Positions 1-7,441 of a DNA stretch of 17,946 bases are shown here, piece by piece. This DNA comes from Promethearchaeota archaeon Loki_b31 (GTDB lineage: Archaea; Asgardarchaeota; Lokiarchaeia; Sigyniarchaeales; SOKP01). The stretch is taken from contig NJBI01000062.1 of the NCBI GenBank assembly GCA_005222975.1, positions 1 through 17,946 of the forward strand, in the 5' to 3' direction. Every line of letters begins with the position of its first letter. Position 1 is the first letter of the stretch. Below the pieces are notes generated by a model. That model made no database searches and was not told the origin of the DNA. It saw nothing but the letters and a program-made list of their open reading frames with translations. Both the position numbers and the translations under genes were made by a program.

Positions 1-136
1 TAAGTTTTTCGATTCACAATATTATAAAGGATCGCCATCATATTTCAACTTTTCGTACTTTTTGTCGCCGTTTATAGCGTTACAGCTCGGTGACTGAGAT
101 TAGTTTGCTATCAAATATTTTTTTTTTGTTTTTTTT

Positions 137-697
137 TTATTTAAAGCAAACTAAGCCAAATCTAAATGAATATTTATTGGAGGGATATTCAACATCTAAA
201 TTCAATTCAAGTACCGTCCTTATAACTTCAATCCCTACAGCTTCCATAGAATATCTTTTCATTTTTGGAAAACGGCATAATTCGCCAGAATCAAAAGTGC
301 AATTTCCCGCCTTTTGAATTTTACAATATTTGCATGTCCCATCATACAAAAGAAGTCGTTTTTTATACTTTTTATTATATTGGGATAAGAATTTATCGAA
401 TTCAGTTTCCAAATCATTTAATTCGAAACTTTTGGTGAGTAAAAATGTATTTTTAATGAAAAATTCTGATCTGTTTGTCCTTTCCTTTTCTTTCTTAATA
501 TATTCTTCCAGATCAAATGTAGAGTAGAGTAAATAAAATTCTGTGTAAGTTGACATAGCTTTTTCAAGATAAGGTGAATTTGGAGGACAACTCCACGAAT
601 GATCATAAAAAGGACACTTAAAAATAGGTGAAATACACATCTCCTGAACTTTAGGATCGAAATAAATATCGTCATATTTTATTTGAACGAAAGACAT
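137..697 (-). CDS. DUF2284 family predicted metal-binding protein
   Basis: 186 aa with the DUF2284 Cys pattern: C..P..KCPFYDHSWSCPP near the N-terminus, and GTCKYC...C......CRFP....YSMEAVGI followed by a C-terminal GLV. Confidence 0.85.
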   Translation of the reverse strand: MSFVQIKYDDIYFDPKVQEMCISPIFKCPFYDHSWSCPPNSPYLEKAMSTYTEFYLLYSTFDLEEYIKKEKERTNRSEFFIKNTFLLTKSFELNDLETEFDKFLSQYNKKYKKRLLLYDGTCKYCKIQKAGNCTFDSGELCRFPKMKRYSMEAVGIEVIRTVLELNLDVEYPSNKYSFRFGLVCFK

Positions 698-806
698 CTT
701 CAGATGGAGAAAACTTCAGAAAATTTTAAATTTAATTATTTAAAAATATTAGATTTATTTAGTTTCTAAATTTTATTTTTATAAATTAAAGTGAATATTA
801 TACCTA

Positions 807-1820
807 ATGGATTCATTTGATCGTATTTTTGCTGCTTTGAAAGGTCGTTCAGTTGATCGAGCACCAGTATTTCCCCAAATCGGGGATCATGTGGGGATTA
901 TAAATGGGTTAACTTATAGTAGTATGTATAAAGATGCGAAAAAAGCTGCAAAAGCTCATCTAAAAGCGTTGGATTTGTATGGTTATGATATAACAACAAT
1001 TCAGGTTGAACCAAGCTGGCCGGTTGCCGAAGCTTGTGGTGCAGAAGTTACTTATCCGTCTAATAAAAATCCCTGGATTACCAAATATGTGATTGAATCA
1101 GAAAAAGATTTAGAAGGATTAGAGATACCAGATTTCATGTTAACAGAAAGTACAAGAGTTTTGATTGAAGGTACACGAATTCTTGCCAAGGAAGCTAATG
1201 TTCCTGTAGCAGCTTTCATGACGGGTCCAATATCTTTTAGCTTACAGCTAATGCCTTATAAAGCTTTGATAAGAAGGATAGTAAAAAACCCTAATTTTGT
1301 ACACCAATTAGTCAAACGATCTATTGAAATAATTAAGGAGTACATTTATGTTTTGAAAGAAGCTGGAGCAACAATCTTTGTAATCTGTGAACATGATCTT
1401 CAGATGTTGAGACCTACTCAGGTAAAAGAATTCAGTATAGATTATCTACCTGAGATCCTTAATGTGTATGACTATAATATCCTTCATATGTGTGGAAAGA
1501 TAACGCCACATCTAAATGTTGTTGCGGGTTATCTTAAAAAAATTGATAGATTAAATACATTGAGCATTGGACCATATGTTGACATTACTAAAACCCAAGA
1601 ATTGTTTGATCATAAGATAGGTGTGGCTGGAAATATTGATCATGTTAAATTACTTCCATCTGGCACACCAAAAGAAATTGAAGTAGCAGTTCACGCAGCT
1701 TTAAATGCAAGTAGAGGTGATCCACGCTTTTTAGTCGCACCAGGATGTGAAATTACTGGAGACACACCTATAGAAAACGTAAAAGCTTTTGTACACGCTG
1801 TAAAGACATATTTCGACTAA
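807..1820 (+). CDS. Uroporphyrinogen decarboxylase superfamily protein, MtaA/MtbA/CmuA-like methylcobamide methyltransferase
   Basis: 337 aa. N-terminal 'DRIFAALKGRSVDRAPVFP', 'AEACGAEV', 'MTGP', the Zn-binding His-x-Cys 'LHMCG', 'GNIDH..LL..GTP.EI' and the C-terminal Cys in 'APGCEI...TP.EN' are typical of MtaA-type enzymes. The RQAGR motif of true UroD/HemE is absent. Confidence 0.85.
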   Translation: MDSFDRIFAALKGRSVDRAPVFPQIGDHVGIINGLTYSSMYKDAKKAAKAHLKALDLYGYDITTIQVEPSWPVAEACGAEVTYPSNKNPWITKYVIESEKDLEGLEIPDFMLTESTRVLIEGTRILAKEANVPVAAFMTGPISFSLQLMPYKALIRRIVKNPNFVHQLVKRSIEIIKEYIYVLKEAGATIFVICEHDLQMLRPTQVKEFSIDYLPEILNVYDYNILHMCGKITPHLNVVAGYLKKIDRLNTLSIGPYVDITKTQELFDHKIGVAGNIDHVKLLPSGTPKEIEVAVHAALNASRGDPRFLVAPGCEITGDTPIENVKAFVHAVKTYFD

Positions 1821-1840
1821 ACCAAAATAGTTTTAATATA

Positions 1841-1888
1841 TGATCTAAGTTCGTGAAAGAGTGGTTTCACGATCAAATAAATAGATCA
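1841..1888. terminator. Stem-loop between convergent genes (putative terminator or 3'-end stabilising structure)
   Basis: Perfect 8-bp inverted repeat TCGTGAAA (1851-1858) / TTTCACGA (1865-1872) with a 6-nt loop, flanked by a second perfect 7-bp pair TGATCTA (1841-1847) / TAGATCA (1882-1888). It lies between the stops of the MtaA-like gene and rps27e. The structure is seen; the function is inferred. Confidence 0.5.
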
Positions 1889-1912
1889 AAACTCAAATAA
1901 GGTGAAAGTTAG

Positions 1913-2119
1913 TTAAGAAAGCACTTCTAAAATCTTGGTTAGAATTCGTGCTTTACCACCAGTAGATTGGAGCAATATTTTTCCACATACTAAACATTCC
2001 ACATCTGTAGCAGAACACCCAAAAATTATTTGCTGATTGCCACAATTTAAGCATTTTACACGTAAAAACCTACTTTTTGGATAGGGAATTAAATCATCTG
2101 GTCTTTTTTTCTTTGGCAT
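1913..2119 (-). CDS. rps27e: 30S ribosomal protein eS27 (S27e)
   Basis: '[20 protein letters not shown].....V.CLVCGKIL...TGGKARI' is the eS27 zinc ribbon. It directly follows rpl44e, as is typical in archaea. Confidence 0.97.
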   Translation of the reverse strand: MPKKKRPDDLIPYPKSRFLRVKCLNCGNQQIIFGCSATDVECLVCGKILLQSTGGKARILTKILEVLS

Positions 2120-2133
2120 AATTTTTCACAATT

Positions 2134-2415
2134 TTATACTTCTTGTAATTCGAATTTTTTTACGCGGTATGATTTTGAATATTGCTTTTTACCACATTCA
2201 GAACATTCTAATATTGGCTGAGATCTTTTATTCATTTTCGCGTTTTTATGAAATATCTCTTTAGGAAAGCTACCGTAGCCCTTTTTCTTTCTTTCTAGGC
2301 GTCTTCGTCCATGGTTCATCGCTCTTTCCTTCCCTTTCTTATAGAGCGACACGTTGTGCTTTGTATGGGAGCGACATTTTGGGCAATACCGATTTATCGT
2401 ACGTGGAAATTTCAT
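2134..2415 (-). CDS. rpl44e: 50S ribosomal protein eL42 (L44e)
   Basis: 'MKFP.....YCPKC.SHT.H.V..YKKGK......GRRR..RK.KGYG' and 'LECSECGK' are eL42 signatures. Confidence 0.97.
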   Translation of the reverse strand: MKFPRTINRYCPKCRSHTKHNVSLYKKGKERAMNHGRRRLERKKKGYGSFPKEIFHKNAKMNKRSQPILECSECGKKQYSKSYRVKKFELQEV

Positions 2416-2564
2416 TTTTCAAACAACTACAAATTTTAAATTAAACTAATTAATTATTTATAAATTTTAAATTTTATTAGTTCTGAATAACTCTTTTATT
2501 GATATAGATAAAAAATAATTTAAGTAGTAATAACCTAATTTTATTAAAACTTTTGTTAAGAATT

Positions 2565-3488
2565 ATGTCATTCAAAGAGAAATTTAGGGAAGGAATCATA
2601 TCAGCAAAAGATTTTTCGCGGGAAGATATCGATCATATCTTAAAAAAAGCCAAGGAAATGATTCAGGATAAGAAAAGTTCAGAACTCCTTAAGGGCAAAA
2701 TTTTAGCGTCTTTATTTTTTGAACCCTCGACTAGGACTCGTTTAAGTTTTGAATCAGCAATGCATCGATTAGGGGGGAGCGTAATTGGCTTCCATTCTGG
2801 TGATGTCTCTTCTGCAAAGAAAGGAGAAAGCATCGCAGACACCATTCGAACCGTAGAAAATTATAGCGATGGCATTGTTATAAGACATAATTTAGAAGGA
2901 TCAGCAAGACTTGCCACAAAATTTGCAAAAATACCAATTATAAACGCGGGATCAGGGAGCGGTGAGCACCCAACTCAAGCTTTGTTAGATTTATTAACTA
3001 TTACCGAAGAGGGGCATAAGTTAGACGGTTTAAATATTGGGATAATGGGGGACCTAAAATTCGGAAGGACTGTTCATTCTCTGTCGATATTACTTTCAAA
3101 TTATGATGTAAATATCTATTTTATAAGTCCTAAAGAGCTAATGATGCGAAAAAGAGATAAGGATTTCTTACGGCAACGACAAGCAAAATATAAAGAAATT
3201 GAAAAATATCGAGATATCTTAAATGTTTTGGACGTTCTCTACATTACTAGAATTCAGAAAGAGAGGTTTGCCGACATTGAAGAATACGATAGAGTTAAAA
3301 ATATATATATCTTTACAAAAAAAGATTTAAAGGAAACTAAAGACGATTTTAAAATTATGCATCCTCTACCCAGAGTTACAGAAATTTCTCCTGATATTGA
3401 TGATTCACCAAAAGCGATTTACTTCAAACAAACTTACTATGGAATCCCTATGAGAAAGGCGATTTTAGCAGAACTTCTATCAGATTAA
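2565..3488 (+). CDS. pyrB: Aspartate carbamoyltransferase catalytic subunit
   Basis: Motifs FFEPSTRTRLSF, KGES..DT, IRH, INAG...EHPTQ, GDLK.GRTVHS, TRIQKERF and MHPLPR. ATG at 2565 is preferred over the ORF-track TTG at 2553. Confidence 0.97.
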   Translation: MSFKEKFREGIISAKDFSREDIDHILKKAKEMIQDKKSSELLKGKILASLFFEPSTRTRLSFESAMHRLGGSVIGFHSGDVSSAKKGESIADTIRTVENYSDGIVIRHNLEGSARLATKFAKIPIINAGSGSGEHPTQALLDLLTITEEGHKLDGLNIGIMGDLKFGRTVHSLSILLSNYDVNIYFISPKELMMRKRDKDFLRQRQAKYKEIEKYRDILNVLDVLYITRIQKERFADIEEYDRVKNIYIFTKKDLKETKDDFKIMHPLPRVTEISPDIDDSPKAIYFKQTYYGIPMRKAILAELLSD

Positions 3489-3508
3489 TTCGTAGTAAAC
3501 GCTTCAAT

Positions 3509-5500
3509 TTAAGCTCTAATTGAAAACGCGTTTAATTTTGAATTCATTAAAATCTCTATAAGTTCAAGCAAATGTAAGTTATCTAAATTACATGTAAAAA
3601 TGCTCCCTCCGTCTAGGATTTTTTCGAACTTCTTATAAAGCTCAATTTTTATCTCGAGTGATAATTTTGAATCATTTCTAATCAAATCTATGTTGTAACG
3701 TTTAGTTTCATCTCCTAAACTAAGTTTATTATTATATTCTTTATTATATAGGTAATTATCGTTATGAGGATGAGTAAAAATATAGTTTCCATGTTCTCGT
3801 TGATTATTTTCATCAATAATATCAACCATAAAATTTAATACTTTTTGGGCAAAAACCTCGCTATTTACGTTTCTATCTATTTCAATACCACAATGCGTTT
3901 TTACAGCTTCATTTAAGCCAAAAAAACTAATGGATTTTAAAGATTCGTCAATCCAATCACCATTTTTCGGCTCAAAAAATTCGGAAATTATTTTCTTCCA
4001 ATGATTTGAAGATTTTAATTTTCTATCTACTAATTTTTTTTTACTAACAAAGAATTCAAACACAGAATCTAGTTTTTCGTGCAAATTTTCGAAAAAAATA
4101 CAATCTTCTTGGTTAGATTTTTTAGCAATCATGTGTAAATTTATCAGAATTTTGTCTAAAACGATTTTATTTCTTTCTTCGTCGTTCTTGTTTAGCTTGT
4201 GGACATTTGCAAGCGTTGAATTTATTAGGTTTGAATGGTTGTTCTTATAGAAAATAATATTATTACGATAACTTGAAGTGAGAACTTTTATTAAATTATC
4301 AGACTCGCTTTTAGAGCTAAGAAAGTCGGAGTAATCGTATAACATTAAAGGACATATGAGGTCATTGTTTAGGCTAATTTGATTGATTAAATTCTTTAAA
4401 AAGTCGTTGTAAAAATGATTATTCGAATTTTCTGCATTATTATTTTTATTATTTTCCAAAAAAGAGAATTCTAAAGAAAGGTGAGATTTCTCGTCGTATT
4501 GCCTATTACTAAGTTTTAAAATTTGGGAAATTATGATATTAAGAATATTTGATGTATTTTTATTAGAATTAAAATAAGATAAAAAGGAGTTACTAAAATT
4601 GCCTAATAATATATCTTCAGAAAAATAAGGCTTGAATTTCGTTAAAATATCGAAATAATTCATTATTAAATTAATAAAGTCCGTATTATTTTCCAGTTTA
4701 TTAAGATTAATCGAAGTTTGCTTAGTGATATGTTCTACGATTGATTTTGAGTCAAGATAGAAGCCTAAGGGTCTCAAACTCCAATAATTTAAGTTTAATA
4801 AAGCTACCTCTCCTGATAAATATAAGTCCGCTAAGTTTTTAGGGAGCAAACTTAACAAAAGAAATTGCTCAGACACATCGGATCCTAACTTAGAGATAAA
4901 CTGTTCGGGGTTTAAGTTTCTGTCAAAAAAACTAAAAGCTTCAAAAGGAGGAGTCCCTAACCGAGTTAATTTGTGCCTTATTTCTTCTAGCCCATTTTCT
5001 AATAGAATCGCGTTAATATATTCCCTCATTAAGGGTGTTGTTAAGTAACCAATGTTAGCTTTAGAAAGACGCTCTTTTACTTCCTTTGATATTTGTATTG
5101 CTAAAAATTTCTCCAACTGTCCTTCCTTAATCAAGTAATCTTCGATTTTGTTCGCATTAAAAGGCTCTTTCGAGTATTTAGAAGTCCTTATCATAATTTG
5201 TTTGTTTTGATCGTTAAGGATTTGTTCCATCGATACGACATTTTTTAAAATTTGTTTCCCTAAAGTGCTTAAAGTATAACCACTCTCGGAAGTTGATATT
5301 AAATTACCATTTTTTAGCGCTTTTAAATGAAAAGAGAAATTAATTGAGTTTGGATTTGCACCTAAAACTTCTTTTTGAAGCATTGAATAAGATAAAGGAT
5401 TACGATAGACATTTAATTTTTTCAAAATGTCAATTCTTATTTTTTGACCTAGTATCTTTAGCTGTTTCTCTAAAACATCAATATTTTTGTCGGAATCCAC
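3509..5500 (-). CDS. ArsR-type winged-HTH / ATP-cone / degenerate class III ribonucleotide reductase (NrdD-like) fusion protein, probably catalytically inactive
   Basis: aa ~10-90: 'LKILGQKIRIDILKKL....LSYS.L......NFSFHLK.L....LI.....Y.LS.LG..IL' is an ArsR/HTH_20-like wHTH. aa ~102-182: 'IRTS....EPF...KI...L.KE......A.QI..EV.ERL.....YLT.PL.RE..NA.LLE.GLEE.RHK.TRLG' matches the archaeal NrdD ATP-cone. Later NrdD-like anchors are 'LLP..LAD.YLSG', 'INL..IA', 'FFGLNEAV..H.G' and 'KIE....F..IL.GG.I'. The protein ends before the CxxC/glycyl-radical domain. GTG start. Confidence 0.8.
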   Translation of the reverse strand: MDSDKNIDVLEKQLKILGQKIRIDILKKLNVYRNPLSYSMLQKEVLGANPNSINFSFHLKALKNGNLISTSESGYTLSTLGKQILKNVVSMEQILNDQNKQIMIRTSKYSKEPFNANKIEDYLIKEGQLEKFLAIQISKEVKERLSKANIGYLTTPLMREYINAILLENGLEEIRHKLTRLGTPPFEAFSFFDRNLNPEQFISKLGSDVSEQFLLLSLLPKNLADLYLSGEVALLNLNYWSLRPLGFYLDSKSIVEHITKQTSINLNKLENNTDFINLIMNYFDILTKFKPYFSEDILLGNFSNSFLSYFNSNKNTSNILNIIISQILKLSNRQYDEKSHLSLEFSFLENNKNNNAENSNNHFYNDFLKNLINQISLNNDLICPLMLYDYSDFLSSKSESDNLIKVLTSSYRNNIIFYKNNHSNLINSTLANVHKLNKNDEERNKIVLDKILINLHMIAKKSNQEDCIFFENLHEKLDSVFEFFVSKKKLVDRKLKSSNHWKKIISEFFEPKNGDWIDESLKSISFFGLNEAVKTHCGIEIDRNVNSEVFAQKVLNFMVDIIDENNQREHGNYIFTHPHNDNYLYNKEYNNKLSLGDETKRYNIDLIRNDSKLSLEIKIELYKKFEKILDGGSIFTCNLDNLHLLELIEILMNSKLNAFSIRA

Positions 5501-5784
5501 TTTAAGTTCAATAAATCTTGTATATCATTATTTCGGCTTAATTAAATATTATACTTAAGAGGTATATAAAAATTAGGAATTTTACAGACCAAAATGAGAA
5601 TAGATATTATGTAGGTGATAAAATACAATATAATTTTTAATTTTCCAAAAGAATTTCTTGTTCTGACTCTTTAAAGAGGATTTATGATTATTTTGGTACA
5701 TAGAGAAACGATTTTAATGAAATTAAGTATGTAATAAATAACTTATAAAAAGAGTACAAAATAATTTTTCAAATTGAAGGTTTT

Positions 5785-6402
5785 TTAGCGTGCTGATACT
5801 GCTATCCTTTCAATTTCGTCTTTTCTTTTTACTGCCCTTGATTCTTGGCTATCGTTCGAAGCTAATATTAATTCTTGAGCCAAATTCGCTGCAAATTGTC
5901 GTTCGTTTGAGTGAGATCTTGCACCAATAGCTTGTACTAAATATTTAATTGCTAAATCTACTCGGCGCTGTGGCGCTATATCGACAGCAGACGCATAAGA
6001 AATCCCACCTCGAGCAATCTTTGTCGTTTCTTCTCTTGGAGCCGTATTGCAAATCGCTTCAATTAAAATTTGGATAGGATTCACGCTTGTATTCAATTCT
6101 ATCAAAGTAAACGCATCTTCTAAACTCCTTAAAAGTTTACTCTTTTTTCCTGAGCCGTACGAGCTCTTATGTCCTTTAATTTTACTACCAATAAATCCAG
6201 GTGCTAGTAATCTGTTAACAAATCGTTCAACAATGGATATTTTAGTAGTCTTCCAAAAGCGCTTATGTTCATGCTTTCCCGCAGTGTGCGGAATGATAAC
6301 AGGTCTTAAGTTTATGTAATGTTCAAGAGTCCAATCTTTAATTTCAATGTTGTTAAACGACCATTTATTAAATAATTTAATATCTTTTTTTGTTTTACTC
6401 AA
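5785..6402 (-). CDS. rps7: 30S ribosomal protein uS7
   Basis: 'IKLFNKW', 'PHTAG.H..KRF', 'NPIQ.L..AI.N..PREE.T.I..GG......VD.APQRRVDLA' and 'KDE.ERIA.SAR'. The TTG start is preceded by an SD-like AGGTGA that overlaps the rps12 stop codon. Confidence 0.97.
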   Translation of the reverse strand: MSKTKKDIKLFNKWSFNNIEIKDWTLEHYINLRPVIIPHTAGKHEHKRFWKTTKISIVERFVNRLLAPGFIGSKIKGHKSSYGSGKKSKLLRSLEDAFTLIELNTSVNPIQILIEAICNTAPREETTKIARGGISYASAVDIAPQRRVDLAIKYLVQAIGARSHSNERQFAANLAQELILASNDSQESRAVKRKDEIERIAVSAR

Positions 6403-6412
6403 GTTAATTCAC

Positions 6413-6847
6413 CTATCGCATTGGTTTTTCTACTTTGCCAGCAATCAAGGCATGAAGTGATACTCCGTTTACTTTCACAACCCGCCATCGTACTCCGGGA
6501 AGGTCGCCTACTGCACGGCCCTTTGCTCCACCAATTCCTTCTACAATCACTCTATCATGTTCGTCAATGAAGTTCAAAGCCCCATCTCCAGGAAGAAACG
6601 CAGTTATAGTTTTGCCATTCTTTTTTAACTGAACGCGTACGCACTTTCGAATAGCAGAGTTAGGTTGTTTGCTTTCTCGCCCTACTTTTTGTAGTACGAT
6701 ACCAAGAGCCTGTGGTGAGCCTTCCATGGGATCTACTTTCTGTTTTAATTTAAGCTTCTTTCTTTTATACTTTGTTTTGCTCCATCGAAATTTCTTACGA
6801 TTCATTTTCAGCTTACGAGCTGCATACAATCCTTTGGTTTTTCCCAT
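6413..6847 (-). CDS. rps12: 30S ribosomal protein uS12 (archaeal/eukaryotic S23 type)
   Basis: '[36 protein letters not shown]', '[15 protein letters not shown]'. Confidence 0.98.
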   Translation of the reverse strand: MGKTKGLYAARKLKMNRKKFRWSKTKYKRKKLKLKQKVDPMEGSPQALGIVLQKVGRESKQPNSAIRKCVRVQLKKNGKTITAFLPGDGALNFIDEHDRVIVEGIGGAKGRAVGDLPGVRWRVVKVNGVSLHALIAGKVEKPMR

Positions 6848-6948
6848 TGAAAGATACCTTAAAAATTTTATATTTGTTCTTACGTATTTATTATATGATT
6901 TAAATATCTCTTTAAACTTAAAATTTTTGAATTTAGAGAATTAGGTAT

Positions 6949-7437
6949 TTAATTTTTTGTGTTGATTATTACATTATCAAACTCAAAGTGGCGTAAAACA
7001 AGTAATTTTATTTTTCTTATCATAGAACCTTCTTTACCTATTGCTTTTCCACGATCTTGAGGTCGCACGGAAATAATCACGGTTTTCTTTTCGTTTCTAC
7101 TTTCCTTAATTTCAATATTTTGAACTTGAATTGAATTCTTAGTAGTATTTAAAATAAATTGAATGAATTGCTCGAGATTTTCTGACCAAGGGATTACATC
7201 GATCTTTTTTTGAAGTTTAGCCATGAGGTCCTTCACATGTTCTCCAGCTTTACCAATTGCTTTCCCTACATCTTCTTTTTTAACTAAGAAAATGATTATC
7301 TCAGAATTATTTTCTGGAGATTCAAATATTAAACAATCCTTAATAATCGCACCGGAAATATTATTAAACAGCGAAATCAATTCCATTGATTGACGATCTA
7401 GTTTGATCCTTTTGCGTAACATATTTTTACATTCCAC
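6949..7437 (-). CDS. nusA: Archaeal NusA-like transcription factor (two KH domains)
   Basis: Two KH GxxG loops ('VGKAIGKAG', 'RGKAIGKEG') and the canonical position between rpl30e and rps12. The true start may be the second Met (MLRKRIK). Confidence 0.93.
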   Translation of the reverse strand: MECKNMLRKRIKLDRQSMELISLFNNISGAIIKDCLIFESPENNSEIIIFLVKKEDVGKAIGKAGEHVKDLMAKLQKKIDVIPWSENLEQFIQFILNTTKNSIQVQNIEIKESRNEKKTVIISVRPQDRGKAIGKEGSMIRKIKLLVLRHFEFDNVIINTKN

Positions 7438-7441
7438 ATAT

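Noticed and set aside
14-29. NrdR-box-like sequence (CACAATAT...)
   Set aside because: Only the left half matches. The right-hand TGTG half of the palindrome is absent, and no nrd gene is adjacent.
64-117. TPP riboswitch (CUGAGA at 94-99 after a hairpin) or C/D-box sRNA
   Set aside because: The downstream TPP elements (ACCC, CCUGAU, GCGnAGGGA) are missing, and there is no properly placed RUGAUGA C box.
90-675. ORF-track ORFs 90..317(+), 330..527(+) and 418..675(-)
   Set aside because: Antisense or alternate-frame shadows of the DUF2284 gene with no recognisable motifs.
1839-1888. SECIS element or K-turn, given that Lokiarchaeia use selenocysteine
   Set aside because: The AUGA here is Watson-Crick paired rather than forming tandem G-A pairs, the bulge geometry does not fit a K-turn, and both flanking genes are complete and end in TAA with no in-frame TGA.
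3509-5500. Calling this ORF a functional anaerobic ribonucleotide reductase (nrdD), or simply a pseudogene
   Set aside because: It has no glycyl-radical loop, zinc site or catalytic Cys motifs, so it is not an active NrdD. The frame is intact for 663 codons with a conserved wHTH and ATP-cone, so it is not an obvious pseudogene either.
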